Translations under genes and position numbers: made by a program | Shown here: positions 1 to 10,084 of the stretch, one piece after another | Numbering within the stretch: the first letter of the stretch is position 1 | Layout of the letters: each line of letters begins with the position of its first letter | Notes under the pieces: generated by a model | Told to the model about the DNA's origin: nothing | The model's database searches: none | The model's input: the letters and a program-made list of their open reading frames with translations, nothing else | Assembly (NCBI GenBank): GCA_963704165.1 | Contig: CAVPHD010000004.1 | Span: forward strand, 480,001-544,000 | Length of the DNA stretch: 64,000 nt | Source: an uncultured delta proteobacterium | Lineage (GTDB): Bacteria > Myxococcota_A > UBA9160 > SZUA-336 | Reading direction: 5' to 3'

Positions 1-2
1 GC

Positions 3-605
3 GCCGCGGAGTACCTTCGCGACCCGCGCGCCTACGACGCGGAGCGCGCGTGGGAGCGGTCCGTCGATGCGCTCGGGTCGAACGTCGCGTCGGCTCTGCG
101 GATCTTCGCGCTCGCGCACCGTTTCTCCGCGCTCACGCCCCAAGAGCGCGATCGCGATCTCGAGCGCGCGATCGAGCGGCCCCGGGAGAACCTCGTCGAG
201 ATCGATACGCTCCTGGGGTTGCGGCTTGAGGCGAACCAGGCGTTGCGTGCCGGGCTCGAGGACGCGCAGCTGCTCGCGGAGCTCGAGCCCTGGCTCGATT
301 CGCACGCGGCCGAGACGCGCCGCATGCAGGCCGCCATCGGCGCGCTGCGTGCTCTCGAGTCGGAGGCGCCGCGCAGCGCGCGCGTGCTCGGCTTCTTCGG
401 CTTCGAGGGCAAGCTCACGCGCGAGCCGATCGGGAGCAAGTCGAGCTACGGCCCACGCCGGGTGCTCTATCCGCAGCTCGCCTCCATGCGAGACGAATCG
501 ATGGGCTTCGGCGGAGATCCCGCGCTCTACACGGACCGGTGTCTATCCGACGAGCTGATCCGCTTCGTCGAGCGCCGAGCGCTCGAAGTGCTCTCGTCCC
601 GCTAG
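3..605 (+). CDS. 3' part of a gene running off the left edge; resembles the C-terminal region of GH84 beta-N-acetylglucosaminidase (O-GlcNAcase/hyaluronidase-like) proteins
   Basis: Open frame from base 3 reads AAEYLRDPRAYDAERAWERSV, similar to the GH84 post-catalytic motif ADYxWNPxxYDPExSW; stop TAG at 603-605. Confidence 0.5.
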   Translation, partial: AAEYLRDPRAYDAERAWERSVDALGSNVASALRIFALAHRFSALTPQERDRDLERAIERPRENLVEIDTLLGLRLEANQALRAGLEDAQLLAELEPWLDSHAAETRRMQAAIGALRALESEAPRSARVLGFFGFEGKLTREPIGSKSSYGPRRVLYPQLASMRDESMGFGGDPALYTDRCLSDELIRFVERRALEVLSSR

Positions 606-1288
606 GAGGGCTCGGTCCTGACAGGTGCGTGTCGCCGCACCGCCACCGGCGTGCTCGCGGGAATCTCGATCCGGTCCCCGCGATCTTGCTTCGCGGCCCG
701 AAGCATGGGTACGAGCAGGCGGCCGAGGATCTTCACGTCGTCGAGCGCATCGTGCCGGCGCAGTCCGACGGTATCGACCGAGTAGTGGTGGAGCAGCTTC
801 GACGTGCTCCAGCGGTCGTCCTGCGTGCCGAGGAGCCACGTCGCCAGGGCGACCGAGTCGAGGATCGCGGGTAGCTCGACGGGCATCCGGTTTCGCGCGA
901 GCTCGGCCTCGAGCAGCGGCACGTCGAACTCGAAGACGCTCTGTCCCATCCAGAAATCTGCACCCCGCGCGGCGTCGAGGTGCCGACCCCAGGCCTCGCG
1001 GAACTCGGGTGCACCGCGCAGCGTGTCGAGCGTGATCCCGGTCAGCTCGCGCACGACCTTCGGGATCTCGATCCCGTCGCCCGGCCAGACGAAGCTCGTG
1101 AACGCGGTTTCCTCGCGGAGCCGGCCGCCTTCGAGCAGGCAGCCGGCGATCTGCGTGACGCGCTCGCGCGTGGTGTCGAGGCCCGTGGCCTCGAGGTCGA
1201 AGAGCCAGATCTTCCGCTCCGAGAGCCGCTCGATCGCGAGCTCGGAGATCTCGTAGAGCTCGTCCGAGACCGGCGCGATGCGGAGCAT
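602..1288 (-). CDS. DEDDh 3'-5' exonuclease (DnaQ/PolC-exonuclease-like)
   Basis: ExoI FDLEATG, ExoII FEFD, ExoIII HDALDD; ATG at 1288 (MLRIAPVSD). Confidence 0.9.
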   Translation of the reverse strand: MLRIAPVSDELYEISELAIERLSERKIWLFDLEATGLDTTRERVTQIAGCLLEGGRLREETAFTSFVWPGDGIEIPKVVRELTGITLDTLRGAPEFREAWGRHLDAARGADFWMGQSVFEFDVPLLEAELARNRMPVELPAILDSVALATWLLGTQDDRWSTSKLLHHYSVDTVGLRRHDALDDVKILGRLLVPMLRAAKQDRGDRIEIPASTPVAVRRHAPVRTEPS

Positions 1289-1296
1289 CGGGTGTT

Positions 1297-2085
1297 TCAG
1301 TCGCTGCACGTGTGTCTCCGGAGCTCCTTGACGAGTCGAGCCGGTCCTGCCGCGAGCAGCGGCAGGAGCAACGGGTCGGCCTGGTTGTAGCTGCGCTCCC
1401 CGCGAGCGAATTCGATGAAGGTCCCGCCGGCTTCGTTCACGAGCAGGTCTCCGGCACACACGTCCCACTCGCTCTTCGGTGCCGCGGAAACCCAGAGATC
1501 TGCGCGTCCGGCGGCGACCAACGCGAGCTTCAGCGCGACCGAGCCGACCGGCTCGATGTGCGCGAAGAGACCGCGGAAGGTCTCGATCTGCCCGCGCTTC
1601 ATCTCGGTCCGCGAGGAGAGCATCGTGCTCTCCGCGAGACTCGTGCTGCGCGAGACTTCGACGCGATCGCCGCCGAGCCATGCGCCCCCACCGAGCCGCC
1701 CGTGAAAGCACTCCCGCGTGATCGGCTGGTAGATGCAGGCCGCGACGGGGCGGGTGCGCACGACGAGCGCGATCGAGACCGCGAACTGAGGCACGCCTTC
1801 GACGAACTCCTTCGTGCCGTCGAGCGGATCGACGATCCAGATCCGTTCGGCCTGGAGCCGAGCGGAGCTGTCCACGGTTTCCTCGGAAAGCAGCGCGTCG
1901 TCCGGGAACGCCTTGCGCAGCACCGCTGTGATCGCGGTGTTCGCCTCGAGGTCCGCCGCGGTGACGGGATTGTCGTCCGACTTCTCCCAGGATGCGCGCC
2001 GCTCGGCCGAGGCATGGCGCGCGATCACCAAGCCACCGGCGAGCGCCGCCTCGCGCGCGACGTCCGCCTCGCGTTCGAAGCTCAC
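1297..2085 (-). CDS. cysQ: 3'(2'),5'-bisphosphate nucleotidase CysQ / inositol monophosphatase family
   Basis: PVTAAD, LSEE, WIVDPLDGTKEF and EWDVCAG motifs. Confidence 0.85.
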   Translation of the reverse strand: MSFEREADVAREAALAGGLVIARHASAERRASWEKSDDNPVTAADLEANTAITAVLRKAFPDDALLSEETVDSSARLQAERIWIVDPLDGTKEFVEGVPQFAVSIALVVRTRPVAACIYQPITRECFHGRLGGGAWLGGDRVEVSRSTSLAESTMLSSRTEMKRGQIETFRGLFAHIEPVGSVALKLALVAAGRADLWVSAAPKSEWDVCAGDLLVNEAGGTFIEFARGERSYNQADPLLLPLLAAGPARLVKELRRHTCSD

Positions 2086-4070
2086 TCGTCGTCGTCTCCG
2101 TCCGAGGCGGGGCCGGCGCCGCGGAATCCGCCCTTCGATCGCCGCCGCCTGCGGCGCAGCTTCGGCTCGCAGACGTCGCAGTGGCCACAGGGCGTCGGTT
2201 CACCGTCCTCGAAGTAGCGCCGGATGTGCATCATTCGACACTCGGTCGTGTTGTTCGCGTAATTGATGATGCTCTCGAGGCGCCGCCGATCCGTGGTCTT
2301 CCGTTCCTCGTTTCGGCGCGAGAGCAGCTTCACCGCATCGTTCACGTCGATCGCGCCGACGAGGGTGAAGCCGGAATCCGCCTCCGTGACCAGGTTCGCG
2401 TCGCGGAGTCCCTCGAGGATCGCCTTGGTGCGCGTGACGCCGACTTCAGTCGCCATCGCGAGCGTCGGGGCCTCGACCGCGCGTCCGTCCTTGGACCAGG
2501 CCGAGAGCCCTTCGACCACCTTCTTGATCTGCGATCGCGTCGCTGGGCCCTCGGACAGAAAGTGCCGCTGCACGTCCACGTCGCTCGGATCCCAGAGCAG
2601 GATGCAGCGCGTGGGCAGCCCGTCGCGTCCACCGCGACCGGCCTCCTGAACGTACGACTCGAGCGAGCCCGGTACCTGGTAGTGAAGCACGTACCGGATG
2701 TCGGCTTTGTCCACGCCGAGGCCGAAGGCGCTCGTCGCGATCATCACGATGCGCTTGCCCGAGGACATGAAGCGCCGGTGCGCGTGATCGCGCTCGGCCT
2801 TGGTCAGTCGGCCGTGGTAGATCTCGGCGGGGATGCGCGCGATCTTGCAGAGTGCGCCGAGTTCCTCGACGTCCTTCACCGTCGAGCAGTAGACGATCCC
2901 GGGCCGACGCAGCCGGCGCATGTACTGCACCAGCTCACGGCGCTTGATGTCCTCCGACGGGCAGTCCTTCACCTCGAAGCGCAGATTCGGTCGCGCGACG
3001 GGCTTCACGACCAACGCCGGCTCGCGGAGCGCGAGGCGCCTCACGATCTCTTCGCGCACCAGCGGTGGCGCGGTCGCGGTCAGCGCGAGGATCGGGGGCC
3101 GGCCGAGCTCCTCGGCGAGCGCGCCGAGCGCCAGATACGCGGGCCGGAAATCGTGCCCCCACTCGGAGACGCAGTGCGCCTCGTCGATCACGAGCAGCGA
3201 GACCTGCTGTCCCGAGACGCGCTTCTTGAACGCGGGGCCGGTCGCGCCTTCGGGCGTGATCAGCACGATCTTCTGAGAGCCCGCCTCGAGCAGGGTGAGC
3301 GCTTCTTCTTTCTCGGTGCCGGTGAGCGAGCTGTCCAGCCGGACCGTCTCGATCCCCTGCGCCCGCAACTTCTCGAACTGATCTCGGATCAACGCGATCA
3401 GCGGCGAGACCACTACCGTGAGTCCCGGCAGGAGCAGGCTCGGAAGCTGATAGGTGAGCGACTTCCCGCCGCCCGTCGGGAGTACGCAGAGCGTGTCGCG
3501 GCCGTCGAGGACCGCGCGGATCACCTCTTCCTGTCCCGGTCGGAAGTGGCGCAGCCCGAACTCGCGCCGCAGCAGGTCGAGCATCTGCCGCAGCCGATCG
3601 TCGCTGACGAACTCCCCTCCACTCCGGCGACGGCGCCGCCGACGGCGCGGGCGAACGAAGCCCGGATCGCCGCCGAGCGAGGACGAATCGGGCGATTCGC
3701 CCTCGACCGCCTCTTCACCGGTTTCGTTTGGGGTTTCGGACCCGAGGTCGTTCATGGATTGGGGCTCCTCGGACGGGGGGCCGTTGGGCGAGAGGTCCGA
3801 CGGCGGGCCTCCAACCCAGCGCCGTCTCCGGCGGCGCCTTCGTCGAGAGCGGCCCGACCCGACCGGATCGGAGGCGGGGTCGGGAGACGGCTCGAAGCCG
3901 GATTCGGGCGAAGCACCGTCGTGCGGCGTCGCGTTCGCGTCGTCGAGCGGTGATTCGGTCGTCGCGCCCTCGGCCAGGACGGGCCGAGATCCCCGGCGCC
4001 GTCTGCGCCGACGCCTGGGGCGTCGGGGAGGGCCGGGTGCGTCGACGGGTTGGTCGTTATCCGATTCCAG
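2082..4070 (-). CDS. recQ: RecQ-family ATP-dependent DNA helicase with Arg-rich low-complexity N-terminal extension (start uncertain)
   Basis: FRPGQEE, LPTGGGKS, IDEAHCVSEWGHDFRP, TATA, QEAGRGGRDG and Zn-binding CR...CGHCDVC; start placed at CTG 4070 from the upstream GGGGGT and a TATACT -10. Confidence 0.9.
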   Translation of the reverse strand: MESDNDQPVDAPGPPRRPRRRRRRRRGSRPVLAEGATTESPLDDANATPHDGASPESGFEPSPDPASDPVGSGRSRRRRRRRRRWVGGPPSDLSPNGPPSEEPQSMNDLGSETPNETGEEAVEGESPDSSSLGGDPGFVRPRRRRRRRRSGGEFVSDDRLRQMLDLLRREFGLRHFRPGQEEVIRAVLDGRDTLCVLPTGGGKSLTYQLPSLLLPGLTVVVSPLIALIRDQFEKLRAQGIETVRLDSSLTGTEKEEALTLLEAGSQKIVLITPEGATGPAFKKRVSGQQVSLLVIDEAHCVSEWGHDFRPAYLALGALAEELGRPPILALTATAPPLVREEIVRRLALREPALVVKPVARPNLRFEVKDCPSEDIKRRELVQYMRRLRRPGIVYCSTVKDVEELGALCKIARIPAEIYHGRLTKAERDHAHRRFMSSGKRIVMIATSAFGLGVDKADIRYVLHYQVPGSLESYVQEAGRGGRDGLPTRCILLWDPSDVDVQRHFLSEGPATRSQIKKVVEGLSAWSKDGRAVEAPTLAMATEVGVTRTKAILEGLRDANLVTEADSGFTLVGAIDVNDAVKLLSRRNEERKTTDRRRLESIINYANNTTECRMMHIRRYFEDGEPTPCGHCDVCEPKLRRRRRRSKGGFRGAGPASDGDDDE

Positions 4071-4104
4071 GATAGACCCCCGGCAACAGGGAAATGCGAG
4101 CCAC

Positions 4105-4110
4105 AGTATA
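4105..4110 (-). promoter_or_regulatory. Putative -10 element (TATACT) for recQ operon
   Basis: AGTATA on + strand in an AT-richer intergenic patch, about 35 nt upstream of the proposed recQ start. Confidence 0.45.
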
Positions 4111-4170
4111 TGCACGATTCGCCCGGCCGCTCGTCCCCGGCGAAAAATCCCGTCCGGTGTCCTCGTCGCG

Positions 4171-4207
4171 TTGACGGCGCTCGGCTCGTACAGCATATTG
4201 CTGCACG
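4171..4207 (+). promoter_or_regulatory. sigma70-like promoter TTGACG-N17-CATATT with an overlapping inverted-repeat operator
   Basis: TTGACG 4171-4176; CATATT 4194-4199; imperfect palindrome CGTACAGCA-TAT-TGCTGCACG 4187-4207. Confidence 0.6.
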
Positions 4208-4209
4208 CA

Positions 4210-4611
4210 ATGAGTCGGGGTACGCGGGCGAAGCAGCGGGTCACGTTTCGGGTCGATCCCGAGCTTGCCGCTGCGCTCCGTCACTTGCCCAACCAGACGG
4301 CCTTCGTCGAAGGCGTGCTGCGCGAGGCTCTCGGTCGGCTCTGTCCCGTCTGCGCCGGCTCGGGAGAGGTGCCCGACGTCCACCTCGCCGTTTCGAATCT
4401 GAAGAAGCTCGCCGGAAGGCGGCTCGACCGCGTGACGGCCGCGCAGCTCAAGGCGCTGGTCAGGCTCGGCCGCCAGCTCCTCGCGACGAACCTCGAGCTC
4501 GAGACCTCTTCCGAGGACGGCGAACTCGAGTTCCGGCTCGCCCGCTCCAATGAACTCCTGCTCGCCGGGCGTATCCCGCGCGGGCATTCCGACCTGACCC
4601 TGACGCACTAG
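4210..4611 (+). CDS. Ribbon-helix-helix (CopG-like) regulator with CxxCxGxG motif
   Basis: RVTFRVDPELAAALRHLPNQTAFVEGVLREAL (RHH pattern) followed by CPVCAGSG. Confidence 0.7.
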   Translation: MSRGTRAKQRVTFRVDPELAAALRHLPNQTAFVEGVLREALGRLCPVCAGSGEVPDVHLAVSNLKKLAGRRLDRVTAAQLKALVRLGRQLLATNLELETSSEDGELEFRLARSNELLLAGRIPRGHSDLTLTH

Positions 4612-5506
<895 letters not shown>

Positions 5507-5535
5507 CCGGCTTGCCTTCCCCGAGCGCGGACGGA

Positions 5536-6264
5536 CTAGCCGACGAGCGGGAGCTGACCGCTCGCACCGCGTCGATCGCTCATCAGGCTGAGCAACATGT
5601 GGACGATCCTCTCGGGGTCGTAGCCGTACTTCGGTGCGAACAGGTTCACCATGTCGAGCTGCTGGTTCGCATTCAGCGCTTCGAGGCTGCCGAACGCCCG
5701 GTCCTCCAGGCGCGCCATCTCTTCGCGGCTCGCCGACTTCACCCTCCGTCGCATGGTGAGCACGCGGAAGACCGCGTTACGCGCTTCGACCCGTTCGACC
5801 CGGCGGATCCCGTCGCGTACCAGCTCGTTCATCGTGTCCTCGAAGAGCGTCTGCATTCCGAGACACTTCATCGTGTAGACATCGACCGAAAGCAGCTCTT
5901 CGAGCAGGATCTTCAGCTCCGCCATGATCGGATGGATCGTGCCCAGCTTCTCGCCGGGGAGCCGCGCGAAGACCTCGGCATGGCGCGCCTCGTCGTAGAC
6001 CGGGTTCGCCGCGTAGGACTTCTCGTCCGTGATCGGCCACAGGTTGGTGAGCTGGCCGCAGATCTGGAGCGCGGCCTGCTCGCCGTGGAGGAGCTGGGAG
6101 AGCAGGTCGTCGACCTCGTCGAAGGCGGCTTCCTTCTGGGTCGCCTCGTCCTTGCCCAAGAGCTTCGTCACCTGACCGAGCAGAGACGTCTCCGGGTTGG
6201 CGATCCACTCGTCGCGCGCGACCGGCAGCGGCCCGTCGACGTCGGCGCTGGCGTTCCACTCCAT
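5536..6264 (-). pseudogene. Degenerate ferritin-like (AurF-like diiron) protein
   Basis: LSQLLHGEQAAL and DEARH are present, but the second DExRH appears as VEARN, the helix after GMQTLFE is missing and the N-terminus looks truncated. Confidence 0.65.
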
Positions 6265-6278
6265 GGGGCCCCTCCGGA

Positions 6279-6736
6279 TCAGTCCGACCGAACGCAGAGC
6301 GCCGGTTCGACGAAATCGTTCACGTTCGCGCCGAGGAGCTCCGCGCCGAAATCGCCGGTCGCGAAGTGGAAGACGGTCATGCCGATCAGCGTCTGCGCCG
6401 TGTGCTGCACCGGCACGCGCCGGAGCCCTCCGCGGGCCATGCCGTCCTCGAGGCCGGAGGCGACGCGCGCGAGAGCTCGCTGCAGAACGGTGTGGGAGGC
6501 TTGATCGGCTGGCTCCGCGTAGTCGACCTCGAAGAGCGACCGCAGCAAGAGCGGCGCCCGCGCCGCGTTCTCGGCCAGGGAGTCGATCACGCCCTCGATG
6601 AAGAGCCGCAGGCGATCGCGCGCATTCCGACGCCCGCAGAACCGAAGCGGGCGAAGAGTGACTCGGCGGCGTCGAGGATCTTCCCCCGGGTCGAGGGCGA
6701 CATCTCGGTCGCCGCGGGTGCGCTCTCGTCCGTCAT
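6279..6736 (-). pseudogene. TetR-family regulator, internally deleted and frameshifted
   Basis: ATG 6736 gives MTDESAPAATEMSPSTRGKILDAAESLFARFGSAGVGMRAIA; the recognition helix is then absent and the TetR C-terminal domain continues in another frame (458 nt in total, not a multiple of 3). Confidence 0.75.
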
Positions 6737-6756
6737 TCGCGCCTCGAGTGCCAGTA

Positions 6757-6772
6757 CCGACCGATCGGTCGG
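6757..6772. promoter_or_regulatory. Perfect 16-bp palindrome, TetR-type operator candidate
   Basis: CCGACCGATCGGTCGG, 20 nt upstream of the TetR start and between divergent genes. Confidence 0.65.
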
Positions 6773-6828
6773 ACCGCAACCTACAGCTGGCCCTTCGAGC
6801 GGGCAAGCGCCAATCTCGGCTCGTGCCG

Positions 6829-8662
6829 ATGTCCCCCGCCGATCGAGAAACGCCGCTCGCGCGCGTCCGCTCCGCGCTCGCCGGCGTCGTGCTCGGCCAC
6901 GAGGATGCGAAGACCGGCCTGCTCCTGGCAGTTCTGGCCCGTGAGCACGCCTACCTCGAAGGGCCGCCGGGCTGCGGAAAATCGGCGCTCGCGTCGGCGC
7001 TTGCGCGGATCATCGGTGCGCGCGCGACCGAGATCAGCTTTCACCGAGACACCAGCGCCGGCGAGCTTCTCGGCGTACAGAGTCTCCGCCGCCGGCGTCG
7101 GGGATCGAGCGAGCGGTTGTCGTTCGAGAGATCGCCGGGGCGCGTCGCGGACGCCGAGATCCTGCTCCTCGACGATCTCTCGCGCGCGCCGGGCGAGGCG
7201 CTCGCGCCGCTCCTGCGCGTCCTTTCCGGACGCAGCCTCGGCGGCTCGAAGCTGCCGCTCGAGACGGCGATTGCGACGGCGGGCCCGGACGATCTCGAGA
7301 GCTACGCCGACCCGCTCGAGCCGAGTCAGCTCGATCGCTTCGCGATTCAGGTGCGGATGCGCGGGCTCGTGCTCGGGCGCCACTTCGCGCGCGCCCGCGA
7401 GCTCCTCGACCGCGTGCAGGAACCGGAGATCACGACGCGGCTCGAGACCGCCGAGCGCCATCGGCTGCAGCGCGAGGTGGCCGATGTCCCGATCGAACCG
7501 GCGGCGCGCGACGCGCTCCTGCGCGCAGTGGAAGGGCTGCGAGCGGCGGCCGGTGACGAGCCCGTGCTCCTCAGCGATCGCGCCTTTGCGACCTCCGCGC
7601 CGCAGATCCTGCGCGCCCACGCCTACCTGCGCGGGGCGACGCGCGTCGAGGCGATCGACGTGCGCGCGCTGCGGTTCATGCTCGCGCGGCGCGTGCCCGA
7701 GTCGCTCAAGCCGCACATCCCGGCGATCCTCGAAGACGCGCTGCTCGAACGCGCACCCGTTGCGGCGTTGCCCGCGGACGCACGGCGAACCGCCGCGGCG
7801 GGTGAGGGCGGTAGCGGCGCGGAGGCACCCGTTCCGGTCGCCGGGATCGAAACGGTTCCGACCCCGCTCGAGAGCGTGGTCGCGCAGCCGCGCGCGCGCG
7901 GCGATGACGACGCGGCGTCGGTCGATGATCTCGTACAGGCCTTGCTCGGCCGACTCGAACGCGGCGCGGTCTCACGCGGTGAGGACCCCGGCGGGCAGCC
8001 TCGCGGTTGGCGGCGCATGCGCCGGCTCGACGAACTGCTCGACGCCGATCCCGTCGATGGACTGCTCTTCGCACAGGGCGACGGCTCGAGCGTTCGCGTC
8101 GCGCGCCGCGAACGGCGCAATGCCGGCGGCGCGCTCGCCTTGCTGCGCGACGTCTCGGCCTCGATGGAGGGGCGCCTGTCGCGCTGGGCAGGGCAGGTCG
8201 TCGCGGGCCTCGTGCGCACCGGCGCGCGACAGCGCATGCGGATGGGCTACGTCGAGTTCAATCACGAGGCGGAGCGCTTCGAGGCGGGCGGCGTCTTCCT
8301 CCATCGCCGCTACCGGCGGCTGCTCGGGCTCTCGTCGCGCCGCCGCGCCGAGGGACGAACCAACTACGAGGCGCCGCTGCGCGCGGCTCTCGACCGAGTT
8401 GCGCGGCACCGCCGGCCGCGAGCGCCACGTCGTGCTGCTGACCGACGGCGTGCCGGTCCTCGGTGACCCGTACGTACGGCGCGAGCGCGCGCTGGCTCGC
8501 GAGCTCGGAGTTAAGGTACACACCGTCTTCCTCGGGCTCGGCGAGTGCCCCGAGGTTCTGGACGAGATCTCACGCGAGACACGGGGCCTGTGCTTCGTCG
8601 CCAGGCCGAGGCCGGATGGCCGCTTGACGGTTCTCGAGCGGACGAAGCGTGGGCGCGGATGA
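6829..8662 (+). CDS. MoxR/RavA-type AAA+ ATPase fused to a C-terminal VWA domain (one apparent +1 frameshift near 8394)
   Basis: GPPGCGKS and LDRFAIQVR; VWA MIDAS DVSAS, GRTNY, then LLTDG in the shifted frame; removing one C gives a 610-aa ORF. Confidence 0.8.
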
Positions 8663-9614
8663 AGTGCGGAGGCAAGCGTTGAAGCAGCATCTCGGCCGCC
8701 TGCGCGAGCTGCTCGACCGGCACGTCGTCGGACACGACGAGGCGAAGGATGCGCTTCTGCTCGCGCTCGTCTGCCGCGAGCACATCTACCTCGAGGGCCC
8801 GCCCGGCTCGGCGAAGACGCGCATGGCCGAGGTCGCCGCGCGCGGCTCGAGCCTGGGCTTCTTCTTCTACCAGATGCACCGCGACACTCGACTCTCCGAG
8901 CTCGTCGGCGACGTCGTGCTCGAGCGCCGCGCGCTTCCCGGCGGGGAGGGCGAGCGAATCCACCAGACGATCGAGCCGGGCGGAATCCTGAAGGCCGAGA
9001 TCTGCGTTCTCGACGACATCTCGCGCGCTCCGGGCGAGGCGCTGAACGTTCTGTTGCGCATCCTGAACGAGCGGAAGTTCGGCGAGGAACCGATTCCGCT
9101 TCTGACGGCGATCGCCACGAGCAATCCGCTCCGCGACGAGTACTACAACGAGCCGCTCGACCCGGCGAACCTCGATCGCTTCGCGATCCAGCTGCGTGTG
9201 TCGGGGCTGATCCAGTCGGGCGAGCGGACGCTCGCTCGCGCGCTTGTGGACCAGTTCGCGGACGGTCGCGTGGTGGAGCAGCCGGAGCCGGAGCCGATCC
9301 TCACGCGCGCGGATCTCGACGCGCTTCACGAAGCGCAGGCGCGAATCGTCGTCCCCGACGCCGAGAAGGACCGGCTGATCGAGTTCCTTCGCAGACTCGT
9401 GGTCGACTATGCTTGCGACGAGACCAACTCGCTCCTCACCGATCGAAGCTTTCTGGTGAAGGCGGTGAAGCTCCTGCGCGGGCACGCGCTTCTCGCCGGC
9501 CGCGGGCAGGTGGAGCGGAATGATCTCGAAGTGCTCGGCTGGATGACCACGTTCCGCGTGCCCGAGGAAGTCCACGAGAAGGTTCCCGAGCTGATCGAGG
9601 AGATGGCCAGGTGA
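8649..9614 (+). CDS. MoxR/RavA-type AAA+ ATPase
   Basis: [14 protein letters not shown] and [10 protein letters not shown]; paralog of the upstream AAA domain. Confidence 0.88.
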   Translation: MGADEVRRQALKQHLGRLRELLDRHVVGHDEAKDALLLALVCREHIYLEGPPGSAKTRMAEVAARGSSLGFFFYQMHRDTRLSELVGDVVLERRALPGGEGERIHQTIEPGGILKAEICVLDDISRAPGEALNVLLRILNERKFGEEPIPLLTAIATSNPLRDEYYNEPLDPANLDRFAIQLRVSGLIQSGERTLARALVDQFADGRVVEQPEPEPILTRADLDALHEAQARIVVPDAEKDRLIEFLRRLVVDYACDETNSLLTDRSFLVKAVKLLRGHALLAGRGQVERNDLEVLGWMTTFRVPEEVHEKVPELIEEMAR

Positions 9615-10084
9615 AGGTTTCGATCACCGTGAACGGGAGAGCGCAGGTGCGCGACGTCGAGCCACGTACGCTGCTCGTACATTTCCTGCGCGAGACGCTC
9701 GGGCTGACCGGCACCCACATCGGCTGCGAGACGACGATTTGCGGCGCGTGCACCGTGCACCTCGACGGTCGCGCCGTGAAGAGCTGCACGCTCTTCGCCG
9801 TGCAGGCCGACGGTCGCGCTGTGACGACGATCGAGGGTCTCGCGAGCGACGCGGATCAGCTGCACCCGGTGCAGACGGGATTCTGGGAAGAGCACGGGCT
9901 TCAGTGCGGCTACTGCACGCCCGGCATGATCATGACGACCTCGGCGCTGCTCGGCGAGAACCCGAACCCGAGCGAGACCGAGATCCGCCACGCGATCGAA
10001 GGGAACATCTGCCGCTGCACGGGCTATCAGCAGATCGTGAACGCGGTTCAGCACGCCGCCCGGCTCGGAAAGGGAGGGCGCTAG
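9611..10084 (+). CDS. coxS: Molybdenum hydroxylase/CODH-like small [2Fe-2S] subunit
   Basis: [20 protein letters not shown] and NICRCTGY. Confidence 0.92.
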   Translation: MKVSITVNGRAQVRDVEPRTLLVHFLRETLGLTGTHIGCETTICGACTVHLDGRAVKSCTLFAVQADGRAVTTIEGLASDADQLHPVQTGFWEEHGLQCGYCTPGMIMTTSALLGENPNPSETEIRHAIEGNICRCTGYQQIVNAVQHAARLGKGGR

